The notes under the pieces are model-generated. The model made no database searches and had not been told where the DNA came from. It saw nothing but the letters and a program-made list of their open reading frames with translations. Made by a program: the position numbers and the translations under genes. 64,000 bases of DNA, taken from the NCBI RefSeq assembly GCF_018977255.1, contig NW_024704743.1, forward strand, positions 26,414,001 through 26,478,000, in the 5' to 3' direction. Position 1 is the stretch's first letter. Every line of letters starts with the position of its first letter. The stretch is from Callorhinchus milii (taxonomy: Eukaryota). Positions 13,064 to 24,775 of the stretch are shown piece after piece.

Positions 13064-13477
13064 ACTATTCATATCACTACCAGCATGGTTGCCAAACAGC
13101 TGTGCAAACTTAAGGTAAATAAATCTCAGGGGCTGGAAAAATTGCATCCAAGGATCCTTAAGGAACTAAGGGAGGAAGTCGCAGAAACGCAGGCACAAAT
13201 CTTTCAAAAATCAATGAATACTGGAGTGGTGCTGGGGATTGGAGAAAGGCAGATGGTATTCCTATTTTTAAGAAAGGTAACAAAAGTGACCCAGGAAACT
13301 ACAGACCAGTAAGTTTGACGTCCATTGTGGGTAAAATTATGGAAATTTTTATTAAGGATAAAATCATGGAGCATCTGGACAGAAATAAAATCATAAATGA
13401 TAGCCAATATGTGTTTACGAAGGGAGGTCTTGCCAATCTGATTTACTGGTTTTCTTTGACGGTGACAATGGAGCTTG

Positions 13478-13996
13478 GTACTGTCCCGCACCAGGCTTCG
13501 GGACCACATCACTCCCACCCTCGCTCGCCTCCACTGGCTCCCCATCCCCCAGAGGATCGAATTCAAGATCCTCATCCTCACCTACAAGGCCATTCACGGC
13601 CTTGCTCCCTCCTACCTCTCCGACCTACTATCCCCCTACCTACCTGCCCGTACCCTCCGTTCCTCTGGCTCTGGTCTGCTCCACGTCCCCCGCCCCAACC
13701 GCCCTACCATCGGTGGTCGGGCCTTCAGCCTCTCAGCCCCCAGGCTCTGGAACTCCATCCCCCAGTGCCTTCGCCGCCTCCTCCCTTTCCTCCTTCAAGG
13801 CCGGTCTCAAAACCTTTCTCTTTGACCGTGCCTTCAGCTCCCCTCTCGACTCTCTACCCCCTCCTCGCTCCCTCCCTTCCCTCCCCTCACCCTGACCATT
13901 TCCCCCTGCTCGGGTCATGACCCAACTGTGCAGCGCCTTGGGACGTCCTCCTGACGTGAAAGGCGCTTTATAAATGGAATCTTGTTGTTGTTGTTG
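13478..13996 (+). mobile_element. L2 LINE 3' fragment, young subfamily, nested in CR1
   Basis: DHITPTLARLHWLPIPQRIEFKILILTYKAIHGLAPSYLSDLL...GGRAFSLSAPRLWNSIP; tail stem-loop and (ttg)n. Confidence 0.95.
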
Positions 13997-15604
13997 ATAA
14001 GGAAGGGGATGTTGTATATCTGGATTTCAATAAGGCCTTTGATACAGTTCCTCTTGAGAGGCTAGTACTGAAAGTAAAGAAAGCGTGAATCACTGGAGGT
14101 ATATTACAATGGATACGCAACTGGTTGACTGGAAGAACCCAGAGGGTGGTGGTTCGGGGAATGTCATCAGACTGGGAAAATGTTACTAATGGAGTTCCAC
14201 AAGGGGTTTGTTTTGGGACCTTTTTGTTTCATATTTTTATAAATGATCTGGAACTAGAAGTTGCAAACACAGAGGCTAAGTTTGCAGGTGACACCAAGCT
14301 AATGAAGATCGTAGATTGCGAAGCTGAACAAGATAGGTTCCAGGAGTATTTGAACATACTTAGGATTGGGCAGATTGGTGGAGGATGAAATTCAATGTGG
14401 AGAAATTTAAAATACTTTACATGGCGACAAAAAATCCTGGAAGGGACTATTATTTGAACTGAGGGAAAATAATGTGTATGGAAAATGAAAAGGACCTCGG
14501 GGTCCTGATTGACAATAAATTGAAGCTCTCCCAACAATGCTCTGTGATTAAAAGCAAACCAGATGTTGGATGTATCAAAAAATCAATAGCGAGCCAAAAT
14601 AGTGGGGTAATCCTGACACTGTATAAATCATTGGTGAGACCATGCTTGGAGTACTGTTTACAGATCTGGTTGCCGCAAGGCAAAAAAGATATTAGAGAAA
14701 TCAAGAAGGTACAGAGGAGGAGGGCAACCAAAATGATTGAGGGAATGGACTATGAGGAACAACTAAGTAAATTTGTCATTTTCATGCTGGACAGGAGAAG
14801 ATTGAGAGGCGACATGATTGCTGTCTTTAAGATTCTGACTAGACACTATAGATCATGACAGGCTTTTTCAACTTGTCCAGAATAGTAAAACCAGATGACA
14901 TGACCTGCGATTGAAGTGGGGTAAATTCAGAATAAATCTATACAAACACTATTTCAGTGAGTGAATAGTGAATCTGTGGAACAGACTCCCAAGGGATACG
15001 GTTGAAGCAGGAAATGTTGATTCTTTCAAACGCAGGTTAGTTAATTTTCTTTTAGGAAATAACATTATGGGATATATAGTACATAGGTAGTTTGGGAAAT
15101 ATGTGCATGCGACCACCAGGAAGGTAGAAGGCGAATTACATGGACCTTGGTCTTTTTTCATCTAGCATTTCTTATGAGAGAGACCTGGGTTTGATTCCCG
15201 GCAAGCCGAAACGTTGGGCAAGTTTCTTTACTCCATGGGTCTCTGTTTACCTAACAGTAAGTCGGAAACTGGTTGTTAGTCGATTGGCGGATTGCTTTTC
15301 CGGGGGTAATATTCCCTTCAAAATAATAATAATTTTGTCACTCAATCCACTTGGAACACTGTTGTGCACAATTGGCTGCCACGTTTTGCGGACAAAATAT
15401 AGTCAATCCATTTTACAGTTCATTCTGTGAAGCATTTTCAGACGTCTCAAAGACTTGATAAGGCACTATATCAAATGCAAGGATTATTATTATTACTGGC
15501 TCAAGGTCAGTGCTAGGATTGTTGGGTTGAATTTTAGGTGACCGACTGAGAACTTCAGAATTGCTGAGCATTCTGTCACACGATCACAAGATTGGTTTGA
15601 AACA

Positions 15605-16035
15605 TACAGCACCTTTTTTTTTTGGTCAGCTGGGTGCTTGACACATGAGGAAACTCATCACATGCTTAAGAGTATCCGAACCAAGCTGAGGTTTCCATGC
15701 ATCTCACCTACACATGGAGACTCCAGAGATAGATTGTTGGAATGGATTTGCATTCTCTCCCTGGAGACCCGCATCCTGCTTATCTATTTCTAGAAAGTAT
15801 TAGGCACAGAGCCAAGACTCGGGGACCCCAGAGTGTGTGTTGGGGTACTGCTGGGATCTAACCAGCTAAAACCGTATAGCTTGCCATTGATATTGCTATC
15901 TGGCAAGCTATCCAGCTGCTTGTCTGGCTAGGACCACCTTACAAGTTAGGGCTTTGGCTTGCAGAGTTAACAGGAGCTAAGTGGGATGACTACCTGCCCC
16001 CAGTGACTGGTCTGGCCTTCCAGATCCTGCCAATG
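15605..16035 (+). repeat. Unclassified interspersed repeat, copy B
   Basis: ggggacccc-agagtgtgtgttggggtactgctgg...tctggcaa...gttaacagga..agtgggatga shared with 58270-58620 and with the reverse complement of 5231-5605. Confidence 0.75.
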
Positions 16036-16174
16036 AGCCAGGGTAGCTCTGCTGTCATCAGCAGTTACCCTGAAATACCATGGATCCGCCTGGCTCAGGA
16101 TCCGGATTACTGAGTCCGCCACAGAGAGCTGACTCGATTCTGGTATTCCATTGTGAAACATGTCAGCGCCAAAC

Positions 16175-16642
16175 TTGGACCAAACTCCGTACACAGATCT
16201 CACCAGTTCTGGCCAGGCTCTACTGGTTCCCCATCACAGAACAGATCGACTTCTAAATACTCACAGTCGTGTACAAATCCCTTTACTCCCCGGCATTTCC
16301 CTACCTCTCCGACCTCCTCACTCCCCAATCCACTTCCCGGTGCCTCCGCTCGACTGACACCAGCCTCCTGCTTGTCCTCGTGCCCTCCGATCCACCATTG
16401 GTAGTCGCTCATTCAGCCACTATGCCCCAAAACTCTGGAACACTCTCACTCAAACCCTCCGCCTTGTCCCCCCTCTCCCCTTTTTCAAGTCCTACCTGAA
16501 AACCTTCCTTTTCTACCGTGCTTACGGTCACCTCACCACTCCACCACCCCATCCTTGGCTCTGAGTTGGGCTCCACCACTGTTAAGCGCTCTGAGACACT
16601 ACCCTGGGTGGAGGGTGCTATGTAAGTGCAAGTTGTTGTTGA
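16175..16642 (+). mobile_element. L2 LINE 3' fragment, older subfamily
   Basis: SPVLARLYWFP..YKSL..PYLSDLLTP remnant, KLWNTL..KSYLKTFLF, tail gcgctctgagacac...gtgcaag(ttg)n. Confidence 0.88.
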
Positions 16643-17259
16643 CTGTGTATTGGTAAGGAACTGTGCAAAACGCTTGAAGTAGGGCTTGTTACACAACCTT
16701 TTGACCCAGAGGAGAGAGTACTACTAGCTGAGCCAGGCTGACACCAATTTAATTGCCTAGCCATGTAAATGTTCCCAGTATTCTTAAATCTTATCAGCTT
16801 CCCTTATATTAGTTACTTGAGCATGCAGTTTGGCACCACCATAAGTACATCTTTACAGTAATACAAGTGCTTTCCAAAGATTTATGATTAGTGTGAACAG
16901 CAGGTGCTACAAAACAGGTATTTGCAGTGCTTTGCTGGTGATTGTCCTACTGCTTATCCCATTATCATCCTTCCCATTTTTGTTTACTGAGTAAATTTTC
17001 AGACCAATCGTGCAAGTTGCCATTTATCCCACGAGCCCAGTCCAGTTTGTATTGTGTTCTTCATGTTTATTCAATGTGAAAAAAGCTCCAAATCAACACA
17101 AGTAGTGGATTAAAAAACAGATTCAGGATGGAGTTGAAGAAAGCCGGGCAGAATGTCTGAAATTGTTATTGATCTCTCATATATTTGCAGGTTCAAAAGA
17201 TTGTGCTTTCTGGTCCAGGTGGGTTATATGCACTTAGCTTCTTGAGTTTCTTTGAAACA

Positions 17260-17564
17260 TAATAATAATACTGTAAAGTGAATTGACTGTATATTTTGTG
17301 GGCGAAACGCGGCAACCAATTGCACACAGGGGTCCCACAAACAGACGGGGATTGAAGTGACCAATTGGTTATTTATTTTTAAGGAATTATTATGCCCAGA
17401 AAAGCAAGCCTCCAATCGATTTAACAACCGGGTTCGTACTTACTGCTAAGTAAACAGAGGCGTGTGGAGTAAGGAATCTTACCCAACTTTTCGCCCTGCC
17501 GAGAATTGAACCCAGGTCTCTCGCTTGCGAGACGAGTGCTCTAACCACTGAGTTACAGGACTCC
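17260..17564 (-). mobile_element. tRNA-Ala-like SINE, long form, 3' stem-loop deleted
   Basis: Intact head (ctcgcttgcgagacgagtgctctaaccactgagttacaggactcc on +); (taa)n joined directly to ctgtaaagtg. Confidence 0.9.
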
Positions 17565-18372
17565 ACACGCGTTACAGATGTCCACATGCATGTGGCCTGT
17601 GCACGCATGACTGTGAGTGCATGATTTGAGGCTTCCTGGAAATGGTAAACCATTACCGAGCACTGACATCTTTACCGTGTGAATCCAAATTGCCCTTAAA
17701 CCAAAACGTAACGACTAATTGCCTGTTAGTGACATTTATAAAAAGGAAGGCAATCTCTTGGGAGATGGAGAAATGTTGATGTTGCAGTTAATAACGGAAG
17801 GTTTTCTGCAAGTGACCTCCATGCAAATAACAAAGGGGCCATTTGTAAAATGCATCTTCAATCTCTGCTGTTGTTTCTCTGTTAATTGGGTCCATTGATC
17901 TACTGGAAACAAAGCTGCTAATGCAGGCAGGCATTGTGCGTCAGCCGAGCAGCCAGCAGGCAGGTTCAGAAGTAGGCTTTTCAGAACAAAAGGAATCTGC
18001 GTCATTACTGCAATGGTCAAGGGTGGTCTCCCGCGTCCTTCTTTGTGAAAGCTTTGGAGTCCGAGGCTGAGTGCTGACGTGGAGATTTAGTTGCTTTGAG
18101 TGTTGCTTGCCAATGCAGATTGAAGGACAAGACACTTAAGCTGTCCAGCATGCGCTCAAATTGCTGCGGAATCTGCTGTGGCTTACTTTGAGAGTTGCTG
18201 CAGCTTGTCGGTGTTTACAGCTGGTTTGGAGAGCCATTACACCTGGTTTGGAGAGAGGAATCACATTCAAAACCTGCTCTTTTCTGGGGATTTTAGATTC
18301 CACTGTGTTCCTGGTCACATTGTTCCATTTGTACCCCAATTCCTTTACCTAAGTTTCCCAGATTTTCCTTGA

Positions 18373-18445
18373 ATGCTAAGTAAGAAGAGCCATAAGATAT
18401 TTGTCGGATCTACAGGCTATTCCACTTTACGGAGAAACTGTACAG
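18373..18445 (+). CDS. Candidate alternative first coding exon (MLSKKSHKIFVGSTGYSTLRRNCT, phase-1 donor); gene unidentified
   Basis: ATG at 18373 directly after an in-frame TGA, 24 open codons, consensus donor CAG|gtaagt at 18445/18446, within a ~900 bp repeat-free block. Confidence 0.35.
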
Positions 18446-19499
18446 GTAAGTGCTATGGATAAGAGGTCATACAGCACCTCTCAGCTTCCCCAGGCAGCAT
18501 TTATACCAGATAAAATTGGTCATTCAGTTTGTGCCTGTTAGTGGCAAATTGCTGTGCACAAATTGGCTGCTGGGTTCACCGATGAAATACACAGTCATTA
18601 CACTTTGCAGTAAATTCTATGAAGCACTTTGATATGAAAAGCACTTTATCACATGCAAGCATTATTATAATTATTATTTTATAAATGTTCCTCTTTCGAA
18701 GCTTCCTTCATGGCTCTCCTTGTAGTATGTCCACCAAGAGCATTTGGCATTAGTCTGTGTCTATTTGGAAGCAAAACCAGAGTGTAACCAATTGTAGTTT
18801 TTTTAGTTTATGTTAATATTAACAAATAGGCAGTTTCAGCCATGCACAGGTTTATATGGTTTAGCTTGTGGTGAACAGTAATTTTGGTGAACAAGCATTT
18901 AATGGGATTGGTCCCTGCATATATCAGTAATATAGAAAGTAACTTTTATGCATTGGAATATGGAAAAGAATCTCAGAGGAACTTGTAGGCTCTTTTACAC
19001 TTTTATTGGATTGTTTTTCTCCCCTCTTGTCCTCTGCTAAAGCCTTTGACTCTTGCTCAGATGCTATCTTACAGGTGCTGGTGATTCCTTGTCCAAGTGG
19101 CTTCATATATGAACCTGGCAATGAGGGCTGGCAGATTGGCAGTGGGAAAACTTGTTGATTTTTTTCCCTCCCTAATCCACCAACTCGCATTTTTACAGAG
19201 CCATTCACATAGGATACTGATGCCGCTTACTCCAATGGAGCAAATAACAATTGTATGTGCAGCGTGATCAAAAATCATGGTAACTACCCTATTAGTTAAA
19301 AAAAATAATTTCTTTATTAGATGTTGTAATGGTATTACAACTCTTTGGTCACCCTGCACAAGTAAAGACAAGGACTTAATTTGTTATGTATCTTTTAGAG
19401 TAGAAGCACTAACAAGATAATCTAATCTAACCTTGAGATCAGTTCAATTATCATTTAAAAATGATGTTTGCATGACATCTTAGGACAGCTCTAGATACA

Positions 19500-19810
19500 C
19501 CAATCGCAGAAGATATGGCACAACTGCCATTATCCCCCCCCTCCTCCACCCCCCACCCACCCCACCCTGAGCTAGGGAAAGGAACAAAATCAGTCAAGGT
19601 CCCCGCTCCTGAACATTATCCAGTGACAAATATGTGTGGTTAAATTGGATGAGAAGAGGATTAAGCTCAACTTTCATGCTCCCTATTTTCAAATAGCCTG
19701 CGAGCTATCATTCCATACGCTTGCACATGAAGAATAGCCACCTGGGCAAGGTCTGAAGGTCAGTTCTGCCCAAGTGTGTAATGCTCAAGTGTCAGCATTG
19801 CATTTGAGAG
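19500..19810 (+). mobile_element. LF-SINE-like element
   Basis: ccctgagctagggaaagg..aatcagtcaaggtccccgctcctga..tatccagtgac...cacatgaagaatagccacctgggcaagg. Confidence 0.7.
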
Positions 19811-20724
19811 TCTTTCATAATGCCACCGGAGGCTTAACATGAAAAAGACTTGACTGCTGTTTACATTCTACTTTAGCTATCTGCAATGGTACATTTATAA
19901 AAGTCTCCTTCAGGGGTTAAAGCAGCTTTTTGTTATCACCGACAAAGTGATTGTTTCTTTCATCAAGGATTCGGTTGGGCGTCAAAGGTCCTGTTTACTG
20001 TACAATAAGGAAAGATTTGCAGTTACCTTTGTAGGGAAGAAACAAAAGCAGATAGGGGCCAACTGTGTGGATCTTTTGAACTTAGCAATGTGACTAAATA
20101 CCACTATGGCACACCTCTGACTTCAGGGGTTTTCAGGTGTTTCTTTTGTGGAGTTGTCGACGATCATTCGGTAACAACTATTGTATTAGTAAACACAGTA
20201 TCCTGCATTAGTCGAGGCATGAGGTGCAAAGAAAGATGAAACTTTTCACCATGAGTGAAATAAACCCAGTTCTGTAACCCATGGCAATTCTGGTGCATTT
20301 CTCTACTTTTGTTAAATTTTATTGTAAAAAGAAAACAAAAGAAGACAACGGATTGAATCACTCTATTATTTATATTACCTCCAGGTCCGGTTATGGGAAA
20401 GAAATTCCACCTGGGTCTGGATTAACTCTATTTTCGTAACATTTCAGAACACGCAGAATTTGGCAAATTGTTGAATTCAAGTCTTAACTTTGAAACCAGT
20501 TTTCTGTCGTTTCTTAATAGAAGTTACTGAAAATCGACCTCAAAATTAAGTCTGTATTTAAATAATCTTATCAAATTTGGTATGCTCTGAAATGTTACAT
20601 AAAAGAGTACATCTAGATTCAGGTAGAATTTCTGCCTCTATATTGGTATCCGGTGCTCAGAGACACTATCCTGCCTAGATAAATGCAAGTTGCTGTTGTT
20701 GCGTACTGGAATGTCAGTCTAGAC

Positions 20725-20937
20725 CAGGGTGGTTCAACTTCTTAGCTGCTGAGGGCCAGAATCCCTGATTGAGAAATGTCCCAGGGTGGCACAAGAAATA
20801 TTTTTGTGTTTCCCTTCCAGAAACATCACATAACATTTACGGGTTATGGAGGGAGCAGGTGGGCCAGGTGAAATGGAGGGGGTGGGTGGGGGGGGGCGGT
20901 GAATGAAATTTGCCCATGGGCCGCCAGTTGGACCACC
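20725..20937. mobile_element. Non-autonomous hAT (Charlie-type) DNA transposon/MITE inserted in a Deu-SINE head
   Basis: Imperfect TIRs cagggtggttcaact / agttggaccacc; flanks gtctagac (20717-20724) and atctagat (20938-20945) fit an 8-bp nTCTAGAn TSD. Confidence 0.7.
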
Positions 20938-21224
20938 ATCTAGATTATGAGCTCAAAGTCATGATGTGGGGCTTAAACCAATACTCTTCTGACTCTGAGG
21001 CAAGAGCGCTATTAACTGAGCCAGGCGTGCACCTACAATTGTTGGCCAGGACATTGGGAGAAACTCCCTTTTCTTTTTTGAATAGGTATCCTAGGATATT
21101 TAACATGCACCTGATGAAATTATGGTTTCTGATTACATTACGTTGTCCTAAGTCTTTCAAAGCATAAAGATATCTCAAAGGGCTGTAATTGAAAGAACAT
21201 CTAGAATACGTCAATTCTGCAAGT

Positions 21225-21452
21225 TTTACATGGAGATTTGTTAGGATGCTGAATGCCCTTCTGATGTGGAAGTCGAGGCAACATTCACATTAGCGTTCAA
21301 GAAAGAATTAGATACATATATAAAGAAGAAAATTCAACTGCTGTGGGAAAAGGGCAGGTAAATAGGCTGGAATGGATTGCTCTTTCGAAGAGCCAACACA
21401 GACACAATGGGCCGAATAGCCTTCTAGTGTCCTGTAAACTTCTGTGGTTCTA
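21225..21452 (+). mobile_element. CR1 LINE 3' end
   Basis: FKKELDTY remnant; 3' UTR gacacaatgggccgaatagccttct...ttctgtggttcta. Confidence 0.75.
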
Positions 21453-21469
21453 AAGCCACTACCCAATGT

Positions 21470-21825
21470 GAAGACGCCAAGTTTGAATTCTGGACTGTGT
21501 TGAGTTAGGTTATCTCAGCTGAGATAGCAGATGAGTTGCTATAATTGGCCTCAATGTCCCTGAGCTAGGGAGAGAAAAATGCACAAGGGATTGGCTGGTA
21601 AGTGTTCCCTGCTGCAAAGTATGTGGGTAGATATCAGATAAGAAAAGAATTGAGTTCAGTTGTCATGGCCCTCCTTCTCTTCATAGTTGAATAGCATGAT
21701 GACACTCACTGGCTGGGCTCACACGTAAAGTGTGGCCGTTTACTATGAGATAGAAGAGAGAGTATTGCCTGGTGCACTGTACCTCAGCAAAATGCAACAC
21801 TGTGAAGAACTGAGGAGGGGAAAGT
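21470..21825 (+). mobile_element. LF-SINE-like element
   Basis: ctgtgttgagttaggttatctcagctg..ataattggcctcaatgtccctgagctaggg..gacactcactggctgggctcacac..ctgtacctcagc. Confidence 0.75.
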
Positions 21826-22709
21826 GAAACCCTTTAATAAAACAGGAAATGCATCATGCCAATCTGTGTGAACTCAGCTCCAACACAAACTACTTCCTGG
21901 TGGGGCGTTCTAGCAGGTTGATGAAAACTAACAGGTTTCCTTATTAAGAAATACTGTAACTTGGACCCTACCATCACATAACAAATACGTGCCGGGTATC
22001 AAACACACGACGTTCAAGGTGCATATGGTACCTTTCTGCAGGAGGTAAAATTGTTGCTATATTTTCCTATCATTAGAGTGATTACAGTCACTAAAGAACT
22101 ATGCATATTGGACTGAAATAATAATCGATGTGCAATTGCTTAGTGTTGCCACATGAAGGCAGGAGTGTCTTTGATTTAAAAATGAAATAATTATTGCTTA
22201 ATTTTCAGAAATGTAAGCATTCTTCCCACACAGGTCTGCACAAATTCAGACAGTTGGAATGATGCCAGATAGGGCAACACAAGGCTTGTTAGACTTCAGT
22301 TTGGGAATCCAAGCTAATTGGAGTGTACACCTCTGTTACAACAGCAGAGCCAATGTTCATTCCCAACTGGCTGTTAAAAGTAATCATTTACATTATTCAA
22401 GTTTTTTTAAAACTTTTTTTGGCAACTTTCCCGAACCAGGATTAGACACTCTTATGGCACTTTGACTAAACCGTCATTACAACTGACAGTGTGAGGCTCT
22501 GACACTGCTGCAGCGTCACCGGGTGTATTTACAGTGGGAAAGCAGCCACTGATGAGAAAGAACCTGAAAGAGAAGGGCTTGAACATCAGTAGTGTTTGCA
22601 ACATTGAAATGTTTCACAGATTTCATCACAGATAAAATTGATTATTCGTTTCATGACTGTTTGTGGGACAATGCTGTGCACAACTTGGCTGCTGCATTTT
22701 CATCATCAT

Positions 22710-23435
22710 CAACAACAACAACATTACATTTATAGAGTTCCTTTCACGTCGGGAGGATGTCCCAAGACGCTGGACAGTCAGGGGTCAGGACCTGAGCATG
22801 GGGGAGGGGTGGAGTAGGGGCAAGGGAAGGCAGAGACGTGAGAGGGCAACCGAAGACACGATCGAAGAAGAGGATCTTGAGACCGGCCTTGAAGGTGGCA
22901 AGGGAGGAAGTGAGGTGAAGGGAATATGGGATAGAGTTCCAGAGTGTGGGGACAGAGAGGCTGAAAGCCCGGCCACCGACGATAGGGCAGGTCGGGTTGG
23001 AGACATGGAGCAGACCGAAGCCTGCTGAACGGAGGGAGCGGGCAGGTTGGTAGAGAGTCAGCAGGTCAGAGAGGTATGAGGGGGCAGGCCATGGATGGTC
23101 TTAAAGGTGAGGACGAGGATCTTGAACTCGATCCTCTGGGGGATGGAGAGCCAGTGGAGTTGGGCGAGGCTGGGAGCGATGGGGTCACGGAGCCTGGTCA
23201 GCAAGAATACACAAGCTGCAGAGTTTTAGATGATCTGCAGCTTGTGAAGGGAAGAGTTGGGAAGGCCGATGAGGAGGGAGTTTCCATAATTGAGCCTTGA
23301 GGTGACGAATGCGTAGGTAAGGGTTTTGTGGTGGTAGGTAGTGCCGGTCATGGCGCAGATGTGGGGGAGAAAGGACAGTTCAGGGTCAAACAAGACACCC
23401 AGGTTCCTGACTGCCTTAGTGAGGTTGAGTGCAAG
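22710..23435 (-). mobile_element. L2 LINE 3' fragment (about 0.7 kb, internal deletion)
   Basis: VRNLGVLFDPELSF, YAFVTSRLNYGNSLLIGLPNSSLHKLQII; (caa)n tail at 22710. Confidence 0.92.
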
Positions 23436-24134
23436 TGTGGTAGCCATTTCGTGCAAGGTCTGACAAGCAGTTTATGTGGAACTCCTGACACATAAACAAA
23501 TCAGTCTGAGGAAAATTCCAACAATAAAACCTCACAATAACTGAACTTCTAGTCTAACCAAACAAAATGAAAAGGTGCAATAATAGGCTGACTCAAAGAT
23601 TTGTTTCAGTTCAACCCTAAAGCTAATACTCTGTTGTACTGTTATGTTTTACTTAGGATTTTTGTAATTTCCTATGTACTCCACAGTTGACTGACGTTAT
23701 TACTACTGCATTATTTTGCTGGTATAAATGGGGTCAGACTGTAAATTCTTTGTCTACTTAAGGAATGCTTGATTTCCTGCGTAAATCATTTACTGCAACT
23801 TTTGTCCTTTAAAATGCTCCAAATTACTGGAAAATGAAAGATATTTTCCATTGACATTAAATTTAAATATGGTTTTGCAATTTGTGTTTTCCTAACGTTA
23901 TCTTTAATGACTTTTCTTCAGTTAATGGCTATGATTCCTTGTGGAATATGGGCCCAAACAGGAAATCACCACCCACTCTTGTTTAGTTAAGAATACTTTT
24001 TCACTTTTATTAACCTAGCAGTTAAATTCGGTAACAGAGTCTAGCTCACGGTTCTACAACTACTTGTCACGTCTTTTTCTATTTCATGTTTATCTACAAG
24101 GAAAACCGGAGAGGTATATTTGGTTCAGGATACA

Positions 24135-24775
24135 TAGATTTCCATAAACTACAGCACGGATAGAAGCCATTCAGCCCAACCAGTCCATGTCGGTGTTTAT
24201 ACTTCACATCTGTCTCCACTCACTCATTGTTCCCTCCCATTCCCTTCTATTCCCTTCTTGCTCATGAGTATATTTACAATACAAATTTACAATACAGAAT
24301 GACATTTATATAGCGCCTTTCACGTCGGGAGGACATTCCAAGGCACTTCCTCTTTGCTTCCTCTTAAATGCATCTATGCTATCTGATTTAATCAGTACTT
24401 CAGGCAGCGAGTTCCACATTTACACTACTCTGAAGTTCCTCCTGAATTCTCTTTTGGATTTCTTATCTTAAATTTGTGTCCTCAGGTTATGAACTCCCCA
24501 ACAAGTGGGAGCAGACTATTTATGCTAACCTTATTAAACAAATCTTTTTATAGTTTTGAATACCTCTAATGGGTCCCCTGTTATTAAACATGTTTTCTCC
24601 AGCAAAAAAAAGCCTAACCGAACCAGTCTATCCTGATAGCAATACCCTGCCAGCACTGTTATCATCCTTGTAAACCTATGCTATACTCTTTCTATTGCTG
24701 CTATATCCTTTTTGTAGAGTGGTGGCCAAATACTCCGATATGGTCTAACAAAGGTTTTATACAAAATCAACAATC
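24135..24775 (-). mobile_element. CR1 LINE 3' fragment, with an L2 tail inserted at about 24295-24350
   Basis: Reverse-complement CR1 3' UTR (acagcacggatagaagccattcagccc), VWNSLPEV and RPYRSIWPPLYKKDI remnants. Confidence 0.75.

Larger units (their letters stand above)
12979..15176 (+). mobile_element. CR1 LINE, 5'-truncated, ORF2 reverse transcriptase pseudogene
   Basis: KSQGLEKLHPRILKEL, PGNYRPVSLTSIVGKIME, YLDFNKAFDTVP, GVPQG..FHIFINDL, KFAGDTKL, EKDLGVLID, LYKSLVRPCLEYC, RRLRGDMI; multiple stops and frameshifts; CR1-type 3' UTR. Confidence 0.95.
12940..15495 (+). mobile_element. tRNA-Ala-like SINE (long form) split into 12940-12978 and 15177-15495 by a CR1 insertion
   Basis: Head ends ...cacctcgcaag at 12978 and resumes agagagacctgggtttgattccc at 15177, restoring a contiguous SINE head. 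Confidence 0.85.

Noticed and set aside
13315..13920. 201-aa ORF, and similar long Pro/Ser-rich ORFs at 40186-40791, 46866-47312 and 60871-61632
   Set aside because: Chimeric or frameshifted read-throughs of CR1/L2 remnants, not host genes.
17500..17564. tRNA-Ala-like sequences with A and B boxes (also at 4861, 26360, 39258 and 50850-50916)
   Set aside because: These are SINE heads continuous with SINE bodies; no proper acceptor stem or terminator, so not called as tRNA genes.
22549..22580. ctgatga…gaaa resembling a hammerhead ribozyme core (also ctgatga on the minus strand at about 16055-16061)
   Set aside because: The required stems I-III cannot be formed from the flanking sequence.
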